A stretch of 32,065 bases of DNA from a virus (taxonomy: Duplodnaviria; Caudoviricetes): positions 1 to 32,065 of the IMG/VR virus record IMGVR_UViG_3300012940_000070; one strand, 5' to 3'. The first letter of the stretch is position 1, and every line of letters starts with the position of its first letter. The position numbers were made by a program, and so were the translations under genes. Below the pieces are notes generated by a model. It was given only the letters and a program-made list of their open reading frames with translations. It had not been told where the DNA came from and made no database searches. This document shows positions 17,165 through 25,765 of this stretch, piece by piece.

Positions 17165-19536
17165 GTCGCTGCTCCCGTCAGCTTTGCCATCGCCTGCTTC
17201 TGCGTCGCCTCCACTTTGGCGTTCATAGTCTGGCGATTCAGAATATGGTCTTCGCGAGCGGCCTCGCGATCCATCGCATGCTGTTCCCGCTGCGCCTCAA
17301 GCTGCATTCCGGCCGCCTGCGTTTCCAACTGCGTTTTAACGACCAGCGAGCGCTCTTGTATCGCCAGCTTCTCTTTCTCCAGTTCGAGCTTTTGCGCATC
17401 GACCTGCATTTGCGCCTGCATCTTCTCCAATTCCATCTGGTTCTTGGCCTGCGCCATCTGGAGGTCCATTCTCTTGCCTTCCATCTCCATCTGGAACCTC
17501 TGCTGATCGCGCTGCGTGTCGGCCTGCTGCTTTGCCATTTCGGCTTGGGCCTTTATCTGCTCAGGGTTCGGCTGAGGGTTTTGCGCCTGCTGTTCCAGCC
17601 GCTCGGTAACCTTCGTCAACGCCTCTTCGAGCTTGGCCTCCATCGATCGGCCCACCCGGAACCGGCGATAGGCAAACATCATCAGGTCACCAAGCGTCTC
17701 AACCAATTCCGGAGCCGCGGCGGCGACAGGGGCAATGGCATTGATGCCCTGCATCGTACCGGTGAAGAGCTCTACGGCGCTTGCCTTGTCCGCTTCAGCA
17801 TCGGCCATAATGGTGCTGTCGGTCTCGATATCGACACGGAACCCGCGCAGTTTGTCCGAGCGCAGGATGCGAAGCGCCTGGGAGAACTCTTCCATGGCCT
17901 TCGCCTGGGCCTGTTGTGCGGCCTGCTGCTGGCCCTGCCGGAACGCCTGCATTGCCTGCTGCTGGAGGATCTGCACTTGCATGTGGTCGATCTGCTGGCC
18001 GTCTGGCCCCTGCTGCGGAACTTGTGGCGGGGGCGGAACTTGCTCCACAGCGCGCCGGATCGCGTCCTGCACGATTTGCTCGTAGCCTGACATCTGCATC
18101 AGGCTTTCCTCGGAGAACATCTCCGCGATAATCTCCGCCTGAATACGCAGGATGTCCCGGCAGAAGCGGGCAACGTCCTCCTGCCGCGACTGGAGCCGCA
18201 AGGACGCAAACTGCCCTTTAATACGTTGCTCCGTTGCGGTCTTTGCCGGTCCCGACGATTGGCCGCGAACGATATCACTCATGCCCGTGATTTCGTTGAG
18301 GTCATTCTTGACCTGTGCCCGCGCTTCATAGAGGCGGATCAGCACCTCAATGATTTCCTGCATGGGCACAAGAGCTATCGCTCCGGGCATGCCCCCCTTC
18401 TCAGCGAAGGCCGCCCACTGATCGACCGGGATCAGTTTGTTGTCCATTCCCTCCTGCAGCAACCGGGCGAGAGAAGGGTAGGAACTGTCGTAGACGCCAT
18501 TAGCTCGCACAGCGGTGGTGAGTTTGGCAATACGGTCGGTGAGGTCATCGACCTCCATCGCCTGGTCTTGATATTCGACATAATCCGGCACTGGAACGAG
18601 CGTATCGTTGGTCTGCGTCGTGAACAGTGGTTCTGGGCAGGGCCAGAACGTTTCAAGCTCAAGTTCCGGGTGCGGCACCTGCTGGACAACCACGCCAGGC
18701 GTCCCGGGCGCAATGAAGTAGACGGTTTGGTCCGGCTTGTTCCAGATTTCCCAGATTTCCGCCTTCCTGAAATTGGAAGGCATTGCATCGGTATATCTGC
18801 CGAGGTCATCGCGGAGGCGATCAGGCGCATAGTCGAGCTTGATACGCTTCGCCTGCTCCATGTCGCCGTTGTAGAACTTCTCCGCAACCTCAGATCGCGT
18901 CATCCAGCAGCGCTTTGCCACCCACGGCACTTCGTTCCAGCAGCGCGCCGGGCCCCAACGGAAATCGGCATAGAACACATAGTCGATGCATGCCTTTTCG
19001 TAGGCCAGCTTCTCGTAAATCTCGCCATCGCCGTTTTCTTCGACCTCGCGCGCCGTGCGCTCCTGCCGATCGATATGGGCGTTCTCAGCCGCCTCCTCGG
19101 CCGCTTCAAACTGCGGCTCGTAGCGCGCCCATACCTGCCCCATGCCCGGCAGCAGGTAATCCAGAACCGCTTTCGAGGTGGACCGATGGTAGTGGCCAAC
19201 CTCCATCTGAAAGGTCAGAACGCGCTCTAGGATCATCGAGGCAGTGCGCGCCGCGGGATCGCGGTCCATGAAACGTCGTTCAACGATCGGCTTCGGCATT
19301 TTGCCGTAAACCGCCGGCATGAGCGTCTGCACGTTGGACCAGAGGATGTTCAGGCGCCGTTTGGACACATCGGCGTACTGCCGAACGTCTCGGTACCGCT
19401 TGACGATCTTCTCTGACTGGTCGAGCCAGTTCCGGTATGCCTCATCCTTCGCGGCGTAGTCGAGCGCATCTTTCCAGCGCTTGAAAACCTCCTGCTCTTG
19501 GTCAGGAGGCGGCGCGAAGGCAACATCCGTCGCCAT
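17161..19536 (-). CDS. Portal protein
   Basis: 791 aa after terminase; NILWSNVQTL.PAVY, EITGMSDIVRG, TATEQRIK, FRVDIETDST motifs; long Gln-rich C-terminal coiled coil. Confidence 0.9.
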   Translation of the reverse strand: MATDVAFAPPPDQEQEVFKRWKDALDYAAKDEAYRNWLDQSEKIVKRYRDVRQYADVSKRRLNILWSNVQTLMPAVYGKMPKPIVERRFMDRDPAARTASMILERVLTFQMEVGHYHRSTSKAVLDYLLPGMGQVWARYEPQFEAAEEAAENAHIDRQERTAREVEENGDGEIYEKLAYEKACIDYVFYADFRWGPARCWNEVPWVAKRCWMTRSEVAEKFYNGDMEQAKRIKLDYAPDRLRDDLGRYTDAMPSNFRKAEIWEIWNKPDQTVYFIAPGTPGVVVQQVPHPELELETFWPCPEPLFTTQTNDTLVPVPDYVEYQDQAMEVDDLTDRIAKLTTAVRANGVYDSSYPSLARLLQEGMDNKLIPVDQWAAFAEKGGMPGAIALVPMQEIIEVLIRLYEARAQVKNDLNEITGMSDIVRGQSSGPAKTATEQRIKGQFASLRLQSRQEDVARFCRDILRIQAEIIAEMFSEESLMQMSGYEQIVQDAIRRAVEQVPPPPQVPQQGPDGQQIDHMQVQILQQQAMQAFRQGQQQAAQQAQAKAMEEFSQALRILRSDKLRGFRVDIETDSTIMADAEADKASAVELFTGTMQGINAIAPVAAAAPELVETLGDLMMFAYRRFRVGRSMEAKLEEALTKVTERLEQQAQNPQPNPEQIKAQAEMAKQQADTQRDQQRFQMEMEGKRMDLQMAQAKNQMELEKMQAQMQVDAQKLELEKEKLAIQERSLVVKTQLETQAAGMQLEAQREQHAMDREAAREDHILNRQTMNAKVEATQKQAMAKLTGAAT

Positions 19537-19538
19537 GC

Positions 19539-19841
19539 TTACTGACCGTCACCGCTGGTGAAGTAAACTGTAGCTGTCGCGGTGGACGTAATGCCCGCGA
19601 CGTAGATGCCACCGACCGATTGCGCCGGCATCGTGAAAATCTCGGTTGCGCCCGAGAGGACCGGCATATCGTTGACGGTCGCGACAACCGCTGCGTCCCC
19701 GAACTTGATAAACACTGTCTGTCCGCCAGCGGGATTGACGACGCGCACCTGGCTCCCAAGCTTCGGTGGTAGCGCGACGCGCGAAGACGTTCCCGAGGCC
19801 GACAGCGTGACTGTCGGGCCCGGAGTAAACGGGTTGAGCAT
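19539..19841 (-). CDS. Small beta-rich virion protein
   Basis: 100 aa between terminase and portal; VYFTSGDG C-terminus. Confidence 0.65.
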   Translation of the reverse strand: MLNPFTPGPTVTLSASGTSSRVALPPKLGSQVRVVNPAGGQTVFIKFGDAAVVATVNDMPVLSGATEIFTMPAQSVGGIYVAGITSTATATVYFTSGDGQ

Positions 19842-19910
19842 TTATCAGCCCCTTGAGGAAAGAGTTTCTATCCACACTGCCGGCAGATCGGCATTCTGCA
19901 GAATGCTGTT

Positions 19911-21281
19911 CTAAATCCGGCTCGTGCTCGGCCCAGCGCCGCGCATCGACCACATGTCATCCAGGGTCATTGAACTGCCCGGTCCAACTTCGATATGCCG
20001 CGGCAGTTCTTCCGGCGTCGGCGCCTTCATGTCCTGCATGCGCTGGCTGCCGTAAGCGAAGGAGTCGCCGGGATGAGATGCCCAATTATGCTTGGGCTCG
20101 CGAGAGAAGACGTTATTGTCCTCGTTCCACTCGTATTCCCAGGCCATGAGGCCGTCTAAGCCGTCTTCGCAGCGCTCCTTGTGGAACTCGCAGCGATCGA
20201 TGATCTCGCGTGCCGCGCTCACCTGGTCTGACTTCTTGGACGCCCCGTTGACGCTGATCTTGGTGGCGCCGAACTTTCCGATCAGGCGCTCAACGGACGA
20301 ATGCTTGGTCGTGAACGTCTTGGCCTTAGCATCCGGCGGGAGGTGGATTTTCCCAAGGCGGTTGATCGGGATTCCCCATTCCTGGAGCTTTTCGACCAGC
20401 TCCGGCGCCCAATCATCGGCGTCCATGCCCGAAGCGCCAACATAGCCAAGAAGCGAATAGCCACCGATTTTCCGCTGCCAACACCACCATGCGGCAGTGT
20501 CATGGAAACCAATGTCTGAACTCAGCTCGACATCAGGGCCGCTCGGGTCGAATACGACATTGCTGTTGATGCGGCCTTCCCGCTCAGCCTTGTTGACCCA
20601 TTTTGCAAGGATCGCGCCTTGCGATGCACCATATGCACCGCCCCAGACGTGTTCCGCCTTGTCGGCATCAGCGGCGTAGTCATCAAGCATATCCTGGTAG
20701 AGCGGTGTGGCCTTGAACCAGGGGTTGTCCTGCCAATTAATCTGAACCGAAATGCTGTCGGCCGGCGGCCGTTTCCGAAAGAACACATCGACCGGGTCTG
20801 TCTTGTAACGCGGGTTCCAGGAGAACCAGAGTTCCGACCCCAGCTTGCGGAGCGTTGGTCGCAGCATGTCAAGCGACGCTTGCGAGAAGGTCTGCGCCTC
20901 CTCCACCCAAGCTATGTCGAAGCCTTCGAGCGACTTGATGTTTGCCGCGTTGTAGGACTGCATGCCCTTGAAGACGATTAGTGATCCTTCCGCGGGCGTC
21001 CCAGGGCGCCCCCGTATCTCCGTTTCCAGGATTTCGAGAACGCTATCCAGTCCATGCGCAAGGATCTTGTCAACGATGAGCTGGCGGACGGAATCCTTGA
21101 TGGAGTTCTGTACCTCGCGGATGCACACGACGCGCACCGCACTTGTGGCCGCGCGAACGGCTATCTGCTCGGCGAAGAAATGAGACTTGGCTCCCCCTCG
21201 GCCACCATAAGCGCCCTTGTACCGTCTGGGCTGAAGCAGAGGCTTTAGCTTGCGCGGGACCTCAATCCTTAGTGTCGACAA
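19911..21281 (-). CDS. terL: Terminase large subunit (PBSX/XtmB-like)
   Basis: Walker A GGRGGAKS, CIREVQNSI, Walker B WVEEAQ, LRPTLRK, SWNP, nuclease motif SHPGDSFAY. Confidence 0.95.
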   Translation of the reverse strand: MSTLRIEVPRKLKPLLQPRRYKGAYGGRGGAKSHFFAEQIAVRAATSAVRVVCIREVQNSIKDSVRQLIVDKILAHGLDSVLEILETEIRGRPGTPAEGSLIVFKGMQSYNAANIKSLEGFDIAWVEEAQTFSQASLDMLRPTLRKLGSELWFSWNPRYKTDPVDVFFRKRPPADSISVQINWQDNPWFKATPLYQDMLDDYAADADKAEHVWGGAYGASQGAILAKWVNKAEREGRINSNVVFDPSGPDVELSSDIGFHDTAAWWCWQRKIGGYSLLGYVGASGMDADDWAPELVEKLQEWGIPINRLGKIHLPPDAKAKTFTTKHSSVERLIGKFGATKISVNGASKKSDQVSAAREIIDRCEFHKERCEDGLDGLMAWEYEWNEDNNVFSREPKHNWASHPGDSFAYGSQRMQDMKAPTPEELPRHIEVGPGSSMTLDDMWSMRGAGPSTSRI

Positions 21282-21543
21282 TCACGTGCTCGACCCTCTG
21301 GAGGAAATTGACAGGGTCGCTCTCGTTATCGCCAATGAGCGCTTGCACCGGTTTCCCCCACCCCCGATCGAGAATGGCTGATGCAGCGGCTACTTTTGCC
21401 GCGGCGGGAGACTTTACGCTCTCCATTACCTGTACCAACGTAGCGATGGCGTTCTCAGTCTGGGATTGAGCTAGGTCACGAACGCGCACATCGGCCTTCG
21501 GGCGACCGCCTGGGTTCCCGCTTTTACCCTTCTCGAATGGCAT
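21262..21543 (-). CDS. terS: Terminase small subunit (DUF5681-like)
   Basis: FEKGKSGNPGGRPK and ILDRGWGKP motifs; overlaps the terL start. Confidence 0.85.
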   Translation of the reverse strand: MPFEKGKSGNPGGRPKADVRVRDLAQSQTENAIATLVQVMESVKSPAAAKVAAASAILDRGWGKPVQALIGDNESDPVNFLQRVEHVIVDTKD

Positions 21544-21602
21544 TGCTTGGGCCTTGTTCTGAATGACGGCGTGCGTCTTTCATCTACCCACCCTTTGGAT
21601 GG

Positions 21603-21830
21603 TTAGAAGGGGCGGCGGATTTCGCCTGGTTCGATCTCAGCCGCAATGGCCTCTGCGAGCACGCGCCAATCAGCTTTCGACAGCGTGATCTCTTCCGTAC
21701 CCTGGCTGAGATTCGGATAAGGCTTGCCGCGCACGATGACACGCACGGCGCCATCCTCCACCCTGGAGATATTGATGTAGGGCGGGTCTATCCCGGCTGG
21801 CGTGAAGGCGTGGATTAGTTTCGTGTTCAT
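21603..21830 (-). CDS. Hypothetical protein
   Basis: GGAG RBS before ATG 21830; PPYINIS motif. Confidence 0.6.
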   Translation of the reverse strand: MNTKLIHAFTPAGIDPPYINISRVEDGAVRVIVRGKPYPNLSQGTEEITLSKADWRVLAEAIAAEIEPGEIRRPF

Positions 21831-21845
21831 GCATCTCTCCACTGG

Positions 21846-22136
21846 TTAGGCTGCGCGGCGACCGGCAGAACGTGATTTGCGCCAATTGCGGTGAGCGCGT
21901 TCGCCAGCGCGGCGGTTCTTGTGGGCCGTGGGCACGGTGAAGCCGCGCGAGCGGTCAGACGTGCGGCGCGACGGCAGAACACGTTCCTGCACTGCCTGCG
22001 GCGTTGCCTGCTTGGTTTCAGCGCTCGACTGCGTGACAGCTGCCTGCTTGGCGATTGCTGGCAGCGGCGGGATTGCGGTAAGGGCAGACGTAAGCGAAGC
22101 CACAAGGCTGAGAACAGCCAGTCGCGTATTGCGCAT
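21846..22136 (-). CDS. Hypothetical protein (signal-like N-terminus, Arg-rich C-terminus)
   Basis: AGGAG RBS before ATG 22136. Confidence 0.55.
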   Translation of the reverse strand: MRNTRLAVLSLVASLTSALTAIPPLPAIAKQAAVTQSSAETKQATPQAVQERVLPSRRTSDRSRGFTVPTAHKNRRAGERAHRNWRKSRSAGRRAA

Positions 22137-22178
22137 CAATGTCTCCTGGGGGGAAGCGGCTCAATTTTGAGCCGGTGC

Positions 22179-22526
22179 CTAGAGGCGCCGTTCGATACGG
22201 CTGAGAGCTTCGTGGCCGCGAGTGACGGTGTTCATGAGATTGTCGGCCTGGACGCGAAGAACGCCAAGCACGCCCGATGCCGCTTCGCCATCGGCGGCAT
22301 AGCCTGCCGTCTCCGGCACGGCGCCAACGAGCGTGTCAGCCAGGCGCTCAAGGCGAGCCACCAAGTCGTTCACCTGGGACATCGCGCGCTGAACAACTTC
22401 AGCATCGCTCGGCTTGTTCTTACCGATGGGGCTATCAGTAAGGCCGAGAATGGCAGCGCTCTTCTGCTGGCCCTCCTGCCCCCAAGTGTAGAGAGGGTCC
22501 GGGGTGGGGTTCTGGTTCACGTACAT
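22179..22526 (-). CDS. Hypothetical coiled-coil protein
   Basis: AAGGAG RBS before ATG 22526. Confidence 0.65.
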   Translation of the reverse strand: MYVNQNPTPDPLYTWGQEGQQKSAAILGLTDSPIGKNKPSDAEVVQRAMSQVNDLVARLERLADTLVGAVPETAGYAADGEAASGVLGVLRVQADNLMNTVTRGHEALSRIERRL

Positions 22527-22550
22527 GTCGGCTCCTTGTGGGATGAAATG

Positions 22551-22578
22551 CAAAAGGCCCACCCTGCGGGTGAGCCTT
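22551..22578 (-). terminator. Second terminator of the late leader
   Basis: AAGGCTCACCC-gca-GGGTGGGCCTT then TTG on the minus strand. Confidence 0.55.
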
Positions 22579-22596
22579 GGAATGGGATCGAAGCGG

Positions 22597-22625
22597 AAAA
22601 CAAAAAGGCCCGCCGAAGCGAGCCT
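22597..22625 (-). terminator. Terminator after the late regulator (tR'-like)
   Basis: AGGCTCGC-ttcg-GCGGGCCT followed by TTTTGTTTT on the minus strand. Confidence 0.8.
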
Positions 22626-23202
22626 ATCCCCCTGACGGACTTGTCAGGACCTTACGTTTCTCATCATTCGTGATTTGTTCTACCCCGTCAAGAGTCGGAT
22701 CGATCCGAAAGATGTTCATCAACAGGTCCAAGCCGCGCTTGGCTGGCGCAATGGCTGCATACTCCCCGCGGCACAGCGCGCGAGTGGCGTCATAGACATT
22801 GCGGCCGCCCTCGACCTTCAAAGCCTCATCCGTGGCGATGAACCGTGATTTGAAGGTGATGAGCTTGTCGTCATCCCAGCGCTCGGCGTCTTCTGTGCCG
22901 CCGATGCGGTCCAGGATGTGGGACGGAACCGTGCGGCGGACGCACAGCACCTTCCAGTCGTAGACCGCCAGCATTGAGCCGAAGGAAAGCCCCGCCTGAT
23001 ACTGCGCCGGAGTGATGTCTCCAAGGAAGTGGCGCCTGCCAAGCTCCCCGCTCAGCCGAGGATCGCCAGCGATCTCACGAAGCAGATCGCGGACCTTTGC
23101 CCACTTCGCTGCCCCGCTGTCAAAATCGCGGCGGTACTCCGCTGCCTTGATGCGCCCCGCCCTATCGCGAGAAACGTTTGAACGCCTAGTACGTCCTGCC
23201 AT
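22624..23202 (-). CDS. Putative late transcription regulator (Q-analog by position)
   Basis: Last early gene before promoter/terminators and packaging genes; basic N-terminus, ITPAQYQAG and GLDLL motifs. Confidence 0.6.
   Translation of the reverse strand: MAGRTRRSNVSRDRAGRIKAAEYRRDFDSGAAKWAKVRDLLREIAGDPRLSGELGRRHFLGDITPAQYQAGLSFGSMLAVYDWKVLCVRRTVPSHILDRIGGTEDAERWDDDKLITFKSRFIATDEALKVEGGRNVYDATRALCRGEYAAIAPAKRGLDLLMNIFRIDPTLDGVEQITNDEKRKVLTSPSGG
22663..22691 (-). promoter_or_regulatory. Putative late promoter overlapped by a LexA-like box
   Basis: TTGACG-N17-AATGAT; GAAC-aaatcac-GAAT at 22666-22680. Confidence 0.45.
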
Positions 23203-23205
23203 GCC

Positions 23206-23312
23206 AAAAATCCCCGTTGTTGCTCACAACGCGGACCTTGCCGACACATGGCCGGGGCAGAGATAGGTAGAACGGGTAAGGTGAGAATCGCTGATTTGCC
23301 GGTGGAAGGCAA
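23206..23312 (-). promoter_or_regulatory. Promoter and attenuator-like leader of the late regulator
   Basis: TTGCCT-N17-GATTCT (23312-23284); hairpin CCGCGTTGT-gagca-ACAACGGGG plus ATTTTT covers the RBS. Confidence 0.5.
23228..23276 (-). repeat. Copy A of a ~50-nt inverted repeat (partner 27175-27224)
   Basis: 43 identities in 52 hand-aligned columns, including a 20/21 core. Confidence 0.85.
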
Positions 23313-23329
23313 GAAAGGCGGGGAGTTAT

Positions 23330-23491
23330 TCACCACCACGCTACGAAAATACCAATCGTGAACCCGATCCCAGTTAGGCACCCGACCGCCATAACCATCT
23401 TCATCGCTATGGCTTGCATGACCACGGCGCGGCGCATTCCCATAATGCGTTCCGGAGGCAGGCTGAAGAAGTTGTGGGGATCAACGCTCAT
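23330..23491 (-). CDS. Small membrane protein
   Basis: ATG 23491 coupled (ATGA) to the upstream ORF; C-terminal TM. Confidence 0.5.
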   Translation of the reverse strand: MSVDPHNFFSLPPERIMGMRRAVVMQAIAMKMVMAVGCLTGIGFTIGIFVAWW

Positions 23492-23694
23492 CTGGTCTTC
23501 CCTTCTTGCTGGAGAGCTGAGCGGGCGATCCGGAACAGGACCGCTGGCATTAAAATGATGAACAACACCCAGTTCCATGGATACCACAACACTAACGCAG
23601 GGCGTGGTGATAGCCTTCTGGTTCCAGCGTAGAGGGCAAGCGGATGATCATCCCGCAGTAGAGAACCAAACCGACCAAAACGATATACCCTCAT
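23488..23694 (-). CDS. Small membrane protein
   Basis: AGGAAGG upstream; one hydrophobic helix. Confidence 0.5.
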   Translation of the reverse strand: MRVYRFGRFGSLLRDDHPLALYAGTRRLSPRPALVLWYPWNWVLFIILMPAVLFRIARSALQQEGKTR

Positions 23695-23737
23695 CTCACC
23701 CTTCCTTTCATCTCCAACTGCGAAAGACTGTGGTTGG

Positions 23738-24505
23738 TCACTGATGTTGCCTCATGATCGCTCTTCCTATCGCCTCTGGGATTTGAGGGATCACTGCGTT
23801 TCCGCACGCTTTAAGTCTGTCCACCCAGTTGGGAGGCCGGTCATCCATTCCGCGAAGCAAGGGTTGAGGAAAACGATCATCTCCACCAAAGGCAGAATGC
23901 GCGATGTCGAGCAGATGCGGCGCGCCACCCGGCCACCCTTGTCCAACCGCGCCAAGGTCGATGCCTTCGAGCAATCCTTCCATTCGCTGGCCGGCAGGGT
24001 AGGCAACAATCCATATTCTCTGCCGCGGCTGGGGGGCTCCAACGGCGGCGCCTGGTATAACCTTCCACTCCGCATCATACCCGATCGCGGCAAGGTCCCT
24101 GAGAACCCGCTCAAGTCCTGAGCGGAGAAGATCCCTGACGTTCTCGATGACCGCGTAGGATGGCCTGATTTCATCGATGAGGCGTAGATACTCCCCCCAT
24201 AGGCCGCTTCTGGCTCCGTCGAGCCCAGACCTGCTACCGTGGACGTTAGCGGCGATGCTGACATCCTGGCATGGGAACCCTCCACAGATGGCATCGACTG
24301 CAATTCCATCGGCAGCAAGTCGAGCTGCATTGAGTTCTCGGATGTCATGGTAGCAAGGCACCTCTGGCCAGTGTTTGTTGAGAACGCGGCGCGGGAATTC
24401 TTCGATCTCACAGAAAGCAACGGTCTTGAAGCCGCCACTCCGTTCCAGCCCGAGGCTGAAACCGCCAATACCGCTGAAGAGGTCGAGCAAACTTAGCTTG
24501 GTCAT
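23738..24505 (-). CDS. DNA (cytosine-5) methyltransferase, alpha chain
   Basis: Motif I DLFSGIGG, IV GGFPCQ, VI ENV, VIII PQPRQRIWIVA, X DRLKACGNAV; very short variable region. Confidence 0.92.
   Translation of the reverse strand: MTKLSLLDLFSGIGGFSLGLERSGGFKTVAFCEIEEFPRRVLNKHWPEVPCYHDIRELNAARLAADGIAVDAICGGFPCQDVSIAANVHGSRSGLDGARSGLWGEYLRLIDEIRPSYAVIENVRDLLRSGLERVLRDLAAIGYDAEWKVIPGAAVGAPQPRQRIWIVAYPAGQRMEGLLEGIDLGAVGQGWPGGAPHLLDIAHSAFGGDDRFPQPLLRGMDDRPPNWVDRLKACGNAVIPQIPEAIGRAIMRQHQ
23791..24348 (-). CDS. Overlapping alternate-frame ORF, putative beta chain of the C5 methyltransferase (start uncertain)
   Basis: Open frame inside the MTase with TLPRSGMMRSG, LLPTLPAS and LNPCFAEWMTGLPTGWTD motifs. 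Confidence 0.65.
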   Translation of the reverse strand: MTSENSMQLDLLPMELQSMPSVEGSHARMSASPLTSTVAGLGSTEPEAAYGGSIYASSMKSGHPTRSSRTSGIFSAQDLSGFSGTLPRSGMMRSGRLYQAPPLEPPSRGREYGLLPTLPASEWKDCSKASTLARLDKGGRVARRICSTSRILPLVEMIVFLNPCFAEWMTGLPTGWTDLKRAETQ

Positions 24506-25056
24506 GCTGCCGCCTCTCCCTCACGGTCGCCAACGGAGTAGCCGAGGCGTTCGCGCATGGCGTCCTCGTCGTTGTAGTCAACGAAGCGGGCATTCGCCTT
24601 CACCAGGCGGTCGTGCTTGCGCTTGGCTGCCGCGGCGTCTTCCGTCCGATGCTGCTCGGCGAAGTTGTTTACGAGGCCATTGACCATGGCTTTGACGCGG
24701 GCGCGGCTTTCGGGGGTCTTCTCGACATCGGGCGGCGGCAGCCGGGGATGCAGCGCCTTCTCTCGGGCCAGGCGGTCTGTGCGCCGTTCCATCGCTCGTC
24801 TGGTCGCGCTGGCCACAACTGGCGCAGGCGGAACGTAGGACGGGTTATGGCCTGGAACGGAACCGCTCAGGAGGTCCGCAATCCCAGCCTCGACATCCTG
24901 CGCCTCGTAGATCGAAACCGCCTCGAAGTAGACCTTAGCCTTGGCCAACCGCTCCCTCGCCAGGTCGCCGGGATCGGAGGAATGGTCACCCTGCTGATAG
25001 GTCCGGAATAGCCGGTCGAAGGCGTCCGCGATCCTCGTGTTCCTGTCCTGGGTCAT
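24502..25056 (-). CDS. Replication-associated protein (possible helicase loader by position)
   Basis: Follows the initiator; helical with YVPPAP motif; AGGA RBS. Confidence 0.6.
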   Translation of the reverse strand: MTQDRNTRIADAFDRLFRTYQQGDHSSDPGDLARERLAKAKVYFEAVSIYEAQDVEAGIADLLSGSVPGHNPSYVPPAPVVASATRRAMERRTDRLAREKALHPRLPPPDVEKTPESRARVKAMVNGLVNNFAEQHRTEDAAAAKRKHDRLVKANARFVDYNDEDAMRERLGYSVGDREGEAAA

Positions 25057-25765
25057 CCTGTGATTTCCTTGCGATGAAGGCGAAAACGTCTGCTTGGGAG
25101 GGAGCGCGTTGCGGAGGCGAACCTCGAGCGAAGCGCGACCGGTCGGCCAGCGCCTTGCGGCACCAGGTCATCCAGGTAAGGCCCCAGTCGAGCTTCACGC
25201 CCTTCTGGCCGGGCTGAGCTGGCCACCACTCGCGGAACTTCTGGGCTTCTAGATCGATGTCGGTTTGGGAAAGGCCGATTGATCTGGCGAACTCGACGTC
25301 CGGCTCCCAATCGGCTGGAAGCCTTGACCCGCGCTTTTTGGAAGAACCGTTAGGTTCTTCTTTTCTCACTTGTTGGTCTGGTATGATCTGCTTCGGATCG
25401 GCTGTAGCTTTTGCTACTGGAGCCTTTTGCAACTTCAAAGACTTAGCAGCGCCACCTTTTGCCCCAGCGGCGGCACGTTTTGCGCGCAATGCCCCTGCTT
25501 TTCCGAGCTCTGCGGTGATGCGCTTGTGCGTGATCTGCCCGTCTGCGACCTCGAAAAAGGCAGAGAGATCAGCCCAGATCGGACGCCACTTCTTGACCGA
25601 GACGCCGGCAATTCTGGCGAGCTTGCCTTCGTCAGATGGTAATCCACCACCGGCACTCCAAAGCCGCATTAGCAGCATGAAATAGGCGCCATGCTGCTCT
25701 AGCGTGAGATAGCCAGTGTCGCGCAGGTAGTCGCCTACATAGAGTGGGAGGTATGGTTCGCTCAC
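24986..25765 (-). CDS. Replication initiator, DUF1376/YdaU family with DnaT-like C-terminus
   Basis: PLYVGDYLRDT..L...HGAY..LL..LW...LP.D; RGSRLPADW; KLDW..TW..W. Confidence 0.85.
   Translation of the reverse strand: MSEPYLPLYVGDYLRDTGYLTLEQHGAYFMLLMRLWSAGGGLPSDEGKLARIAGVSVKKWRPIWADLSAFFEVADGQITHKRITAELGKAGALRAKRAAAGAKGGAAKSLKLQKAPVAKATADPKQIIPDQQVRKEEPNGSSKKRGSRLPADWEPDVEFARSIGLSQTDIDLEAQKFREWWPAQPGQKGVKLDWGLTWMTWCRKALADRSRFARGSPPQRAPSQADVFAFIARKSQDDPGQEHEDRGRLRPAIPDLSAG
25341..25483. other. Candidate replication origin inside the initiator gene
   Basis: CTTTTGC at 25408, 25424, 25456 and GTTTTGC at 25477; inverted repeat GAAGAACC/GGTTCTTC at 25341-25360; locally AT-richer. Confidence 0.4.

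Noticed and set aside
17005-19230. Long plus-strand ORFs (361 and 334 aa), likewise 6531-7814
   Set aside because: Antisense to portal or ejection genes with unnatural Arg/Leu/His-rich composition
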